This document shows, in pieces, positions 1 through 13,347 of a stretch of DNA of 64,000 nt. How positions within the stretch are numbered: position 1 is the stretch's first letter; each line of letters opens with the position of its first letter. This DNA is from Owenia fusiformis (lineage: Eukaryota), in NCBI GenBank assembly GCA_903813345.2, contig CAIIXF020000001.1, positions 28,086,001 through 28,150,000 on the forward strand, in the 5' to 3' direction. A model generated the notes under the pieces. The model was not told the origin of the DNA, made no database searches, and saw nothing but the letters and a program-made list of their open reading frames with translations. The position numbers and the translations under genes are program-made.

Positions 1-192
1 TATGAACTATTTACGTGCCAAATATTAGGTTTTAATTTGAAGGATAAAAGCACGAAAATTGTAAAAAACAAAAATCTAACCGAATGAAATTTTTTCACGC
101 GCCGCCATTTTGATACGAGGCAAAACCTCCCTCGTTTCCAGTTCATCCCCAGTGTACATGCAATAAGTTGTTTATTTTTCATGGTATTTATA

Positions 193-262
193 CAGGGTGC
201 CATAACGTCTTCTCATACTTTATATAGCCTACATTGTATTATAATTGTAAAGAAACTCTATG
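193..262. mobile_element. Degenerate short Tc1/mariner-type MITE (TA-CAGGGTG end), related to the copy at 12418-12488
   Basis: TACAGGGTGCCATAA... shares TTGTATTrTAATTGTAAAGAwACTyTATG with the 12418-12488 element. The right end is eroded. Confidence 0.4.
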
Positions 263-357
263 CGCGCATTTTATTCTATTCATAAATGCTTTTCAAGATG
301 GCTGTAAAATCAGCCAAATCGTTTGCCAATTTAAATGTAAATGTGTATTGATTTTAG

Positions 358-3300
358 GGGTTGTTTCAAAAAGCAGAAGCCCTCTACAGCATGGGGAACT
401 TTGAGTTGTCCCTTGTTTTCTACCATAGAGGGCACAAACTCAGACCAGAACTCCAAGAGTTTAGGCTAGGCATCCAGAAAGCCCAAGAGGCAATTGTTAA
501 CTCAGTGGGAAGTAAGTTAGATAATCTAATTTAATCTTCTTGTGAAATAAGTTATGTGGATTCCGTTAATTTGAATATACACATAGTTGATATTTCCAAT
601 TACATTTACACCCAATAATTAGAATAAATTTCACATTAATGTCATCAATGTCAGAATAAAATGAACAAATTATTGTTAATTTACAATGGCGTTTTTTGTG
701 TATTCTATTGCAATACAACATATTTTGTATCTTAAATGACAATAATTGTAATTTGTACAACTGACATATATTTTTATACGGCAGATTTATATTTCCATCC
801 AAGGCCATAAATTGATCCAGAAACCATAGAGTTAATTGCATATATGTTTGCTTATCAAGTCCATAGGTTTAATAACTACATAAAAATGTTGACATAATAA
901 TAATGGTTATGTTATGCCCCTGATTAGAAACAGTCTTGAGGAGATACAATCCGGGGATACAATTAACATGTTTTCAGATTCATGTATTTTCTATCACATT
1001 TTTTCTGTTGTTCAAAGTATAATGTCTAAAAATAACATTGCATTTGATTCTTAGGTCCTGCAGTAAAACTCACCAAAGAGGGTGACCTTTCATTCTTTAA
1101 TCAACAAGAAGAGGGAAAGGGACCAAAGAAACGTCCTATGTATGGCAGACCATCTACCAAGCAAAAGGCCAAGGGAAGGCAACCTCCCCCTAAGACATCT
1201 GGTGATGAGAAGACTGTTAAACAGCTTCTTGGAGAACTCTATGGTGACAAAGCTTACCTTGAAAAACTTCTTAAGGAAACTGGTGAGAAGATTGATCTTG
1301 TCCTTTTGAAAATGAATTTGCATCAAATAAACGTATGAACTGAATTTGTTTATCTTATCATCTATAACTGATTTTATTTCATTTTGACTGAGTAAAAAAA
1401 TCTTCCAATATTTTTTTATTTCCATGTGACTATTGAAGTTTTCTCTTTTTCACATTGATACACTTATCAAAGTGTCAGGTGTTATCAATATTTGTAAAGT
1501 TAATTTTAAAAGAGCAGAGACATTTTTAGATAAGCAAAAATAGTATCAAGCAATCCCTTTGAATAATGAAAAATAAAACAATATTTACACATGATCCTAA
1601 ATATGAATATTTACACTGTTATAAATATAAGTAGTAAAATTGATATGACTGCCCCTTATTCTGCAGACCCCTCCACAACCTCAGGTAACACCATCTATGA
1701 CTTGGTTTGCGAGGGACTGAAGTATCTGGATACCAGAACAGAATTCTGGAGGCAACAGAAGCCCATGTATGCGCGCAAGTTAGAGAAGCAAGACATTGAG
1801 AGGCAGCGCAAGATTGCCTCACAGGGTGGCACTCCACAGGCCTATTTTGTCAAAGAATTGGAAAAGATCAACAAAAGTGAGTCCAAGTTAAATCATCCTA
1901 TTGAATTTGTGTAAAGTTAGCATGCATTACCTCTGTAAACTAATTGATGACTTGACCAAGAATTGTTGAAATATTGTTATAGCTACCATTCTGTTAAACC
2001 AGAATTGAGCATCTGTAATAACAGGTTGTTACACATTTGCAATTTGTAAGTGGGGAACCCGGTGGTGACAGTTGTCACGTTTTAGATAAGCCAGGTTTAT
2101 GTCTTAAGGAGAGAATGTTGTACTCCATAATTTAACCAGAAACATAAATAAATGAGTTCAATAACTTGATAGTGATGCATTTCCTATTATAGTGCGTGAC
2201 AAGGGGAAGCATGAGGAATGTCTGAGAATGGCCAAACAGTGTATGGCAACACTCAAAGCCATCACAGAAAAGATCGCCAAAGAGGAAAAAGACTCCGGCA
2301 ACAGGAAAAATAGAGAGGAAGATGCATTGCCTAATAAAAATGATATCTTGTCTAACCTCTATAGCTTCATAGGGAATGCTTTCCTAGAACTTGGAAAGTT
2401 TGAAAAAGCTCTAACAAACCATAAAAAAGACTTGGAAGTAGCAAAAAAGAAGTGAGTACATTTGTCTAACTATTTATTCAATGTATTTTCTCTCTTTTGT
2501 GATTATAAACGTTAAACTCAAAACCTAGATTTTACAATAGGTCTCAAATTTTTCAGGGAGGATATACCCAAATTTTGACATTTGACAATTTTACTTTAAA
2601 ATCATCAAAGAAATTTTTACAATAAATGTATCTCAGACCTTGTTATAAGCATGGTACTAAAATACATGTACACTGGCTTAATATAATAATCATTGTCAGT
2701 TATTATCAAAAATACCCTTTCCATTTCCAGTAACCTTTTGGAAGCGCAATCTAGGGCACTGGACAACATTGGCAGAGTACATGCAAGGTTGGGCAAATAC
2801 GAGAAGGCAGTGGAAACGTAAGTGTTGTTCTACTTTCCTTCATTGTTAACCACATGATATTCTTAAAAGCCTACTCACAGATGTGTTAACTAATACATGT
2901 ATGTATAGTGTTAGTATACTGGGTTGTGATTTATATGACAGAGACTGTGTTTAGTTCAAGTAATTTCACAAAGTGCAGAATAAGAGGAAACAATTTTGTA
3001 TGATTGATATTGAGAATGAATAGTTTTGAGAATTAGAAGTTTACCCTTCAGAAGTATTTGACATATCTTAAAAATGTAGGTTGCTTAGCTGATGGCGATT
3101 CATGTCATATTCAATCATATTTACCATTGAATATAATGTTCCAAAGTACTTGTTACTTATTTTTCACCAATGTAATTATTTAATTAATTTCAGTTGGGAA
3201 CAAAAACTTGCTTTGGACACTGAGAAATCCCTACCTGAACTGACCTGGCTTTATCATGAGATTGGACGGTGCAATTTTGAACTTAGCAAGCTAGAGGATG

Positions 3301-3930
3301 CCATGAACTATGCAGAGAAAGCAATGGCCACAGCTCGTGAAGCAAAGGATGAAGTATGGCAGCTAAATACAACTATACTTATAGCACAGGTCCAAGGTGA
3401 GTCAATAAATGGGAGTGTACCTCAAACTTGTATCATTCAGTCATCCATGATTAATGTCTGTTAAGTATAAATTGTATTATAGACATACCATAGTCTAGGA
3501 TCTGGAGTTAATCAAATCTTTACATTGAACTGACACTTCATGCACATGGCAAAGCATGGAACAAAATAATGAGTCATTCATGTCATGCAAAAACATAAAT
3601 TTGATTTTACTTTCATCTCCAGTGAAACAGAAAGAACTAGATGGTGCCCTCCAGTCATTTGAATTAGCCTTAGATCTAGCTAAGGTACAAGGAGATGACA
3701 CAGCAGAACAAGCAATAACAAGAGCCATCCAGAACATTAATGAAGAGATTGTTAGAGGATTAAAGGATGATAATGAGGGATCAGCTAATAACAATAACAA
3801 CACGTCGAATGAAGCAGAGGGTAATGATGAAGTTGTAAAAGATAAGGAAGATGAACCTGCTGAAAAGGAAGAAGAACAACAACAGGAGGGGGGACAAGAA
3901 TCAGAAACTGAGAAAGAGGCTGAAGATTAG
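358..3930 (+). CDS. TTC25: Tetratricopeptide repeat protein 25 / outer dynein arm docking complex subunit 4 (5'-partial; 7 exons in window)
   Basis: Phase-consistent GT-AG exons 358-511, 1055-1282, 1667-1876, 2193-2451, 2731-2817, 3194-3396, 3623-3930(TAG). They encode GLFQKAEALYSMGNFELSLVFYHRGHKLRPELQEFRLGIQKAQEAIVNSVG, QLLGELYGDKAYLEKLL, YLDTRTEFWRQQKPMYAR, SRALDNIGRVHAR and TWLYHEIGRC, all characteristic TTC25 segments. Acidic C-terminal tail; AATAAA at ~4563. The N-terminal exons lie upstream of the window. Confidence 0.93.
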
Positions 3931-5489
3931 AGACGTCAATTTCAAACATATACAGTACTAGATGATAGGACATCAAGCTGTGAAAACAGCAAAATATTTT
4001 GCAATTTTTATTTCAGGGGCATTCAAATAAGGATTTAGAGCATTACAAATCATTATGGCTTAGCACCTAACCATTATGACCATGCTAGTCTCCATCTACT
4101 AGATTTCCCATGTCAGTTACTTTCTGGTGTGGGAAATGCAAAAATACATTAGTTTACATCAATAGAAAGCCTAAAATTAGAAAAGGCTAATTGAAGTCTG
4201 CAGACAAGTCATATTATACATTCTGCGCAAGCAGAGATCCCTGTTCTTTTGGAATCGCCTCAAAAGTAGTTCACCATTAACAGATTAATGGACACTTTAA
4301 TAATTTCAACAAATATACTTAATGGACTAGCATAGTATGTGTCTGTGTTCGGTGGAAATAGACAAGGTTACTGGTAATTGTTACATTCTAGTCATTAGAT
4401 CAATCCTTTTCAGCTCCAAGAGTTGAGGAGGCTCATATTAATATTTCCCTATCGATATCAATTTTAAAAACACGTATTCAGCTTTTCAGCGTTTGATTAT
4501 AAAAAAATATTACTAAACATTATATATCAAATATGTATCTATATATATTATTTTTGAATTGGAATAAATAATTAAAACTGAGTTTCTTAATTTTAGTATT
4601 GTGTAATTGGCAAGCAGTAATTGTAAGGTTGGTGTATTAATGTAATATGATGATTGGTTCTGATCTTTACATTAGTCTGATTGTTTAAAAGGATAAACAG
4701 TATTAATTTCTGTTTAAAAATCTGATAAGTGAACATTGATTGCAAGGCTTGGTAAAACAATGTGTGTTGTTCGTGTTTTTATACGTGCCTTTTTAAACCA
4801 GGCCAAGTATAGTTTATCTGTTTTATATAGGTACCTACAAGACCACATGACGCAACTCGGACCTGGAAATAGTTTTTAAAAAATCTAATATTAGCCCTAA
4901 TTGCAAACAGCAATTCTAGAATGAATTGAACAGCCCTGTACAATATTCTCTTCCATCTGACAAACACCATATTTTTTTGTCATGGTGTATCTCATATATT
5001 TCGCCATGAAGTCTGTGTATTCTTTTTAGCTTTTTTGGTTATGGTGATGTCCCGCTTTTGATCAGCGCAACTTCAGGAAAACCACACGCCGGATTTCTAA
5101 TTGTATATGGTGGTACAAAGTGTAAAGCGCAGCCCCTCTTTCTCTGATCCTAAAATATATAAGCAATATTAAAGGAAGTTGGAATCAACTGCTTCAAAAT
5201 TTTATTCAAACGTGTTTCTCTAAATGTAAAAGTTCTTTCATGTTTTACATTGTCTATATTACCCCCTAGTCACACCAAACTAATTCTCAATTTACCGCCT
5301 GCTCCGTCCAAAAATTGTACTTCGGTCCAGTCAGGTCTGTCGGCGAAAATGATTAACGAGCTACAATGAGATGGACGCCAGAATTTTGTACAGGCTCGGA
5401 ATTCTGTAGCATTGTCATACGAGCACGTCCATGACGTTCTTTTAAGAACGTAGTAATCGTGAGAGCTTTTTTGCTGTGACCGCATCTTT

Positions 5490-5555
5490 GTCCATTCTTG
5501 GATTACCAAAGTATGGAGTTTTCATTGAGTGAAAATCAAACTGGAAAACGAGTAC
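5490..5555 (-). repeat. Dispersed repeat copy, same family as 42931-43002 and 24489-24564
   Basis: The reverse complement reads TACTCGTTTTCCAGTTTGATTTTCA...ATGAAAAC..CATACTTTGGTAATCCAAG and matches 42933-42998. Confidence 0.65.
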
Positions 5556-6100
5556 ACGTCATTATCCTAGTTCAGTTTAGCCTTAAAGCAATTGAAATAG
5601 GTCCGTAGTCAGTTTAAAGATCATTCTCAAAAACCTTTAAACCCAAAATTGTGCCAAAATTTTGAAATTGTAAGGCCTAATTTCTTGAATATTTGGCCTA
5701 AATATTCATGATGTTCGTGAAAAGGTTCGCACTTGTTATTCAAGATGGGCAGGTGATGCACCTTTAATTAGAAATTCCTCGCGTGGAGAATTGAGTAAAT
5801 TACTTGTATTTCATAAGGTCATTTTAACAAGGTTTTAGCCGTTTCTGTAGGAAGAAGATATATTGCTTAAATGCCTTATGAAAGGTGAACCATTTGTCAA
5901 TATCACTGAAAACATTCTTTATTGTATCATCTTGACTTCAGCTCTTTTTATGTTCCATATTTTATATTTAAACAAAGTATAACAAGAATGATCTGACACG
6001 ATTTGTGGAACTCTAATATCGTATATCGCAATATCGTATGAAATCCTCCTCCACGTTACCTAGCATTGTTTTTTGATCATTTTGCAACTAATTAAAAAAC

Positions 6101-7157
6101 TATGGAATTTATTTTGTATCAAAATTGGACATTACATGATCTATGGGAAAAATCGAACTATATGATGCGATACTCGAACTATATGATGCAATACTCGAAC
6201 TATATGATTCGAAACTCGCATCACACTATGCGAAATACGCATCATTGTATGCGAAACTCGCATCATCGTATGCCATTTTCAATCCATGTTATACCAACAG
6301 TTAATTTTCTTACATAACTTATTTTCATTCACACACGCACTGGTTGTATCAAGTGTCACACAAAGAGTTAGCACTAACTCCAATCACTTTCCAAAAATCC
6401 AAAAGCAATGTTGAAATGTCACACGGATTGTGTTATAAGTGGCATAGGATACTGAAAGAATTACACATGGATCAAAGTAAATTTCGAATGAACGTGTCAA
6501 TTTTACACACGCATTGAGTTCAAACTCGCATAGGATGGTTCCCGCTCGCATAGGCTGTCACAAACAAGTTGCACTTCACACAGGGTGCGAGATTTGAAAT
6601 CACGTGACATTTGCATCCTGGTTTCTACAATACACCGCCCTCCGTTGAAATGTTATAAAATGTAAATTTCAAATTAAAAATATATAATTTAGCTTAGCTA
6701 GGGAGACGAACACGTGGCCATTTATTGAGAAACTACAAACTAGATATTTTTATATTTTTGCCGCGCTGATGTGTTATTTCGTTCAGTGCAAAAGTAACGC
6801 GAGATTTAGAAGAAAATCTCGAACATCTCTAGAAAGCAATTTATGTTACATCAAGATGTGTGATCGGTACATCAAGGTGTGTGGTCGGCACATCATGGTT
6901 TGTGAAGTGCAAAACGTTTGTGCGAGCCGCATAAGCATTTGTTCGACTTGTGTACCCTGTTCGATGTCATTTTTAAACAATGCATACACAAATACGCATG
7001 TACAAGTGTGATTTTACAAACATAGAGTGTGCAAACTCGAACAAACCGTGTATGAAATCACACGGATTGTGTATGTATTCTGCTAAACGCTATTCTATGT
7101 GTTAGAGATATCACATAAATATAATATGTCCAATTTTGATACAGTTTTAACACCATA
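6101..7157. mobile_element. Foldback-like non-autonomous element with imperfect ~35-bp TIRs and internal 21-bp tandem repeats
   Basis: TGTATCAAAATTGGACAT (6115-6132) is the exact reverse complement of 7126-7143; the ends read TATGG...CCATA. 21-bp tandem repeats occur at ~6150-6275 and ~6845-6910. Confidence 0.6.
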
Positions 7158-8876
7158 AAAAACAGCAATGACATAATAGTATTCTTTATAGGTCATGTAG
7201 ACTTCGACTACTTGAGTCTTACACACTGCATGGTGACATTGCACCATTTTCAATAGATCTCATACCTTCGAAGCGCAGCATTTAAGCTCTACCTTGTCTT
7301 ATTCATTTTGTAAGATTTATTTATATTTTTTTTATGAAAGATAAACCGGAAGATTTGTTGAATTGTACTGCAAAAGTCACACACGCCTCTCCCTTTTGAA
7401 CGCGTTTTGTACTTTTTACGGACGTGATTTTGAGCCAAAACAAGGTCAGCAAGAATGTGATTAATCATGCAAATGAAATTTAGTCAATTAATTCTGCATA
7501 CTTCCTAAAAAACTACTAGTAATCCGAAATGAACCGGTACGATGACTACAGTTTTTAACTTTAACAAAAGCCGAGATGGCGATGAAATGTGAGTTTTTTT
7601 GCTCCTTTGAAAATCAAATTCGAAATGGACCGCTACGATAAGTATAGGGTTTCGAATTTTTCCCAAGATGGCGATAAAATTTGCGTTTTCATTTTGCATT
7701 GTTTACTCAGTGAATTCTTAAGTACTATCAAAATGTACGAAGAAGTTTCTTACGCGGTGAGATTAAGGACGGATTGAATAAAATCAGCTACAAAAGAAAC
7801 ACCAGAATAATAAATAATCCCGGGAAATAATCCAAAGCCATAATTGTACCACAAAAATGTGCACTTTTAGAATGTTGCCCATTGTTCTTTTTAGTAAAGT
7901 TGAAGAGTGCATGTCAATACGTACATGATGAGTTTGATTATGGAACATAGATTGGATTCGATTGGATGCTCTTCCTCTGTTGTACTGAGTCTAATCATTT
8001 CTAATTCGTTGAATTGATGGATTATCTGTTCATGCTTTCCATCTGCACTGTCAGTTGGTATTTAGGAAAACATCACTATTATCTCACATCTCCAGGCCCC
8101 GAAACTCGGGGATGGATTGATAATTTATTGTTCATCAAAAGTACACGTGTTACATTTAGAAAATGAAAACTTATCACAAAATAACATAAGATTCACTTTT
8201 GCGTAAATTGTTGTTGTAAATGTCAAGTGTTCCGTCTTTTTATTGTTCCCCTCGAGCGCTAAATTATCGTTCCGAATGAGCTATACTTCTTCCCAACTAC
8301 ATTTTTATGTTTAATTGACAATACAAATTCGTAAACTGGTTGATATTTTATTTGATGATTTCTAGTGTTACATACACACGTATGGCTTATTAAGACTGCT
8401 TGAAAACATTGCAATTCTAAATGTATGAATCCCGAATCCTCCCTACAATTTTTGGGCAATTTTTCCAAATTTGTTTTAACTACAAGGTTGTAAAAGCCAA
8501 AAACAAATCATCAAGCAGACACACAGCAGATCTGTAAGGAATAATGAAAGCTGCACTGGCAATTAAAGCTCCCTTCTGCTCACCTGGGTTGAATAAATGT
8601 GTAGAAGTATGAAAATACCTGGATTTGAATCTACACCAGATTCAAGTACAATAGTCGACTGATAGGTAATACGCAAGGTAGGTACTAGAAAAAATATAGT
8701 ACGTGTTTTAGCACTGCGATTTAAGGTGTAGTAATTTAGAATTAATTAGATAGGTTGTTTTGAAAATGTAGTTTTTATTGTATATTTAAATATTTTCTTT
8801 TTTCATGAGCGAGGAACGAGAACAAGGACTTATTTGTCATCTCGAACTTGAATAGTTATTCTACCGGGATACAAAA

Positions 8877-10794
8877 ATGTGGTTTAAAGTAGCCTGGTTC
8901 TGTCTCCTGGTGGTTACCATAGTGACATCCGCTCCATTGCCTGCATTGTTGGATACTAAGGATATCCTCAGTATCCATAAAGACATGAATGTCCCTATCA
9001 CTATGAAACAGGTAAGTTGATTCAACTTGAGAACAACGTGTTTATTTGAACTGTGACGTGATATCGATCTTTTAAGAGATGAAAATAAAAACATGTACGA
9101 ACATTTAAAATCATATGTTTTCATCTGTATTTAAGGCGGAGAATGAAATTTTGAAATTACCAGCGAACAAAAGGAAGAACACAGATAAACTCGCTTACTA
9201 TCTATTTGTGGAATACATGCAAGAACTTATAAAATCTGAAGAAAATACAACACCGGTTAACAAAGCAGATGTCGTAAAAATATACCCAACGAAATCTTCA
9301 CCAGTGTCCAAGGAAACTAGCAATGGGAAATTGATACTCCCCAGTTCAAAAGATGCACTTCTCAAAGCGGGAATTGATGACTTGGATGTATCTCCCACAA
9401 ACATTATGATCGCACCTACGACACAGAACAATACTTCTGTAGATATACTTAACACGACCATGTCAATCGAATCTGACAGCGTTGAAATAAACCAAACCAC
9501 TAACAGTTTAGATATGACCTCCTCAGTCAAACCTGGACTTCTATCTACGGTCCAATACAAAGATTCTGTTGATCCTGTTAAAATGACCCATACAGCGGAA
9601 TATGACAATAGTGACATAACTAGCGTAGCAGTCACAAGTGCCCAACAGGATGTGTCAACCACTAAATCTGTCCTTGCGACTACTCCACAATATGATACTT
9701 CTGTTAATACAGTTACAATGTCAATGGAAATTGACAATGCTGAACTGAAAACGGCCAAACCTACAACTGAGAACTTTAATGTACGTAATGCAAACGTTAC
9801 ACAAGTATCAACGACACAACATAATGATTCTTTCATTGCTATTACAACAGGAAACACATCCGTACCCAGTGATATGCAACATGATATCGCAAGTACCACA
9901 GTGTCACTGACACTTTGGAGTCCTACTGAAAAACTCACACAAGCACCAGCAGTGCACGATAATGATTCTAGCATTGTTGTTGAAACTGGTAATGCAACTA
10001 CACTTAATGATACACTACAGGATATCGCAAGTACCACAAAGTCGTTGACATTTGGAAATCCTACTGAAGAACACACACAAGTATCAACACCACAGTATAA
10101 CGACTCTTCTATTCCTGTTGAAACAGGTAATACAACTATGCCTAATGATACACTACAGGATATTGCAAGTACCACAGAATTTGGAGGTCCTACTGAAGAA
10201 CTCACACAAGTATCAACAGCAAAGTATAATGACTCTTCCATAGCTGTTGAAACTGGTAATACAACTGTACCTAGTGATGTACTACAAGCTATAACAACTA
10301 CCACAGAGTCATTGACATTGGGGAATATTTCTCTCACTGAAAAGGTCACATTTTTTGAAACAACCGTGGCTTCAAGGAATAACGACACACTTGGTAATAC
10401 CGCGAATGAATTTCAAAGTTTGAATAACGGCAAACTTGCTAATAATTCAAAAGGAGATGCTGCACTGCTTGCTTCTAACGGAATAAATACAAAAGGTGGC
10501 ATTAGCAATCTAACCGATTCACCAGAAGGATTTTCAAAAATGGTAACTGAAACATTCAATAAAAGTTCTAACAGTTCATCCGAGAAAGAACCAATGATTG
10601 CGATTGATTCAACAACACACAACTCTGCTTCAAGTACTTCTAAGAAGGAGAGTACATCTGATACATCTGATATTTTTTATCCAGGTATTCCGCCCACTGA
10701 ATCTGATTCTGTGTCAACACATTCGACAAATCCCTCTGATAAAACATCAAAAAAACCAACACCGAGATCTGATATCGAATGGGATGGGATCTGA
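8877..10794 (+). CDS. Secreted Ser/Thr-rich mucin-like glycoprotein, ~597 aa, two exons
   Basis: Exon 1 (8877-9011) encodes MWFKVAWFCLLVVTIVTSAPLP..., which looks like a signal peptide, and ends CAG|GTAAG. The phase-0 acceptor AAG|GCG at 9136 joins it to the long ORF ending TGA at 10794. Very T/S-rich, many N-x-S/T sequons, no Cys in exon 2, no obvious transmembrane segment. Confidence 0.8.
9799..10341 (+). repeat. Four coding tandem repeats of ~138 bp (46 aa) in the mucin-like gene
   Basis: Units start at 9799, 9937, 10075 and 10204 (the third unit is 3 codons shorter). Consensus TQVSTxxyNDSSIxVETGNTTxPxDxLQDIASTTxSLTxGxPTEEL. Confidence 0.85.
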
Positions 10795-11058
10795 CAATTA
10801 AATCCATTCTCACTTGGAAGGATGTAATTTGTTCACAGAAGATTAATTAACTTTGGTGGGAAAATGATTTAAAATGGTATATACAGTATGATACATGTAA
10901 TTTTTGAGAAAGAATTATGTGTGACCATTAGTTTATTTAGTGACAATTAGGCCGGGTCAAACAAGTCGATCTAATCTTGATGAATGACATATTTGAACTA
11001 AGTCTTTATTAGACAGTCGAAATGCTCAATGACAAAGTGGGTGTCTCACCTTCAAAAG

Positions 11059-11409
11059 CACTGGTCAGTATCAAGTGAAGATGACGGCCGTAACCTTCGC
11101 ATCAAAGATGGCGGACGGTAAGTGTCGATTTCGATATTTTTAGTTTTCATCGAATTAAACTACTTTATAGTTGATATAATGCTTTGGTATTTGAACAAAA
11201 TTAGGCTTTTATGACATAGAAACTGGAATATGATCAATTTTCATATACCATGCGCATTGCGCACCGCAATTTAACGATATCAAAGCCTAACGTCAACTAT
11301 AAAGTAGTTTAATTCGATGAAAACTAAAAAATATCGAAATCGACAATTGCCGTCCGCCATCTTAGATGCGAAGGTTACTACCGTCACCTTCGCTTGATAC
11401 TGACCAGTG
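11059..11409. mobile_element. MITE with ~130-bp TIRs, CAC...GTG ends and a 5-bp TSD (Transib-like signature)
   Basis: CACTGGTCAGTATCAAG...CTTGATACTGACCAGTG. Arms 11059-11190 and 11277-11409 are largely complementary. Flanked by AAAAG at 11054-11058 and 11410-11414. Confidence 0.8.
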
Positions 11410-12417
11410 AAAAGGATGAATATTTTTTGGATATTGTTTGAATATAAATTGAAAATAAGCAATTAGACCTGGTATGTTAAAAAGTATTGTAAATACTGCA
11501 TTGTATGCTTGTACTCTGACATCCGTGATCTTATAATAGTCAGTAGTCACTGGTGTTAAAAGAAGAAAACTGTTTATTCGGTTTAAAATTTACTTTTTAT
11601 ATCACTTACAAAACATAACTTTGAATCAATTTACAAATGACAACTATAGGCTTGATAAATGATCCAATCACTTCCAAGAAAACAATAAAATCTAACTCGT
11701 ACGTTGTACGTTGTGGTAATTAAATCCAATTTCTGTTGCCGAAGATAAACATTTTTCTTTGGATAATGTTCTTTTTTGTTTGCCTTATTCATTTGGTGAT
11801 TCCTTTAATGATTTAATTGCACGTGATATGCATATGAGTTGCCGGAAATGTGTTGAGTGTCCATCCTGATGGCCATAACTTGCTGGATGACGAGGTGATT
11901 TGGAAAATTCACGTCCTTAACAGCCATTCCCTGGAAACGTTTGTTGAATCCTAACATAGAACAAACATAGACTAACTCTTTAACTCTGATTTCATGAGTG
12001 CGTTGTACCATTTCACCAAGTAGATTCTCAGCGTCTAAGATGATGGGTGTGCCATCTACACTTGAATTTGTAAATGTTTTCAATTTCGCGTCCTCTTGAT
12101 AAGTGCTTCTTCCAGGATGAACATTATGTTTCTGGTTTAGTCTGGTAATAAATATGGAATGTGTTTGTATCTACAAAGTGTTGTCCTATTTGATATCGGT
12201 ATTCAGAAACAGTTTGACACGGAGAGTATTGAAAACTTTCATTTCACTGGTTTCACTGGTATTAACTAGCTTTCATAGTCATTCATCGGAATGACAGCCA
12301 AAGCCTGGAAAGATATATGTCATGTTTTATTATACCCTTACAATACAATACAATGCTATTATTAACAATCAACAAGTTCTAAATAAATATATCAATGCAA
12401 ATAATTTTACTGAAGTA

Positions 12418-12488
12418 CAGGGTGTCCATAGCCTATTTACACCTTTCATACTTTGTATTGTAATTGTAAAGATACTTTATGGTCACTG
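12418..12488. mobile_element. Short Tc1/mariner-type MITE
   Basis: TA|CAGGGTGTCCATA...TATGGTCACTG|TA. The left end matches the TIR start of the Tc1/mariner at 63163. Confidence 0.55.
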
Positions 12489-12763
12489 TATATGACAGCC
12501 TTTAATTGTTTCAAAAATGTAGACTCTGATTGAATTTGACGATGAAAATTTTTACTTTTTTTAACAACAAAGATGTAAAATCAAAGAACGAATCATCAAG
12601 CACCTACACCAGATATACAAGGAAAAATTTATATACCTATAAATTATGTCAAATATGTCGGTCACTAGCCTCTAGAGGATGCTATTGCAGAATTTATTAC
12701 AGAGATTGAGTAATACATCATTTAATGAAAAAAATGAATGAAAAGTCGTGTCCTTGCGATTAA

Positions 12764-13347
12764 GGTGAAGGTGAAGTTCTTAAGATGGTCGAGACAGGAA
12801 GCACATGTTTTTAGTTTTGTCCATCAAAATTTATTTATTTCAGTCAATGTTGATTCCACTTATCATTTTTATGACCAAGGTCACCATGGTAATAGGAATA
12901 TAAACACCAAACATATTAGAATAGGCATTTAATGATGACTAACATAAACCCCAAAAACAAACGAGCTGTAGAATTTTGAAACTATCTTAAATATTTAAGG
13001 TAATATAACTGTTCTGAGAAGTGCACCTTTTCCTTTTTGTTGCCACTATTTTTTGTTTGAACTATGTTTTCAAAAAAACGATGCTCGTTCATTTTGATAT
13101 TTGTTTGAAGATTATTATGTGCAATATTCAGTTTTGGATGGGCGTTTTTTCACATACTAATCCCCAAAAATGTCTCAAAGTCTTCATTTGACAATTTTGT
13201 TGACCAAACTTCAGTTTCATTGTTTTACAATATTTATATATAATGATAATAATTGCATAAACACTAATGAAACAAAAAAATGACCTGTCGGGAATCGTTT
13301 GAAAATCCTTGCGCATTTTCGGTTTTTCTGTGAACTTCATCTTCACC
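12764..13347. mobile_element. Non-autonomous DNA transposon with TTAA TSD (Kolobok-like)
   Basis: TTAA|GGTGAAGGTGAAGTTC ... GAACTTCATCTTCACC|TTAA: a 16-bp TIR with one mismatch, purine-purine start and TTAA duplication. Confidence 0.75.

Noticed and set aside
6102-7011. ORFs 6102-6317 and 6769-7011 with periodic Met/His/Cys
   Set aside because: The periodicity comes from 21-bp minisatellites inside a TIR element.
9198-10388. 396-aa antisense ORF
   Set aside because: It is a shadow of the repetitive Thr/Ser-rich + strand ORF, which has the signal-peptide exon and splice support.
11280-11550. Short minus-strand ORFs (MADG-containing)
   Set aside because: They derive from the MITE inverted repeat.
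11805-12083. 92-aa minus-strand ORF
   Set aside because: Non-ATG start, upstream stops in all frames after the 12305 acceptor, and no recognisable motif. It is treated as probable 3' UTR or decayed sequence.
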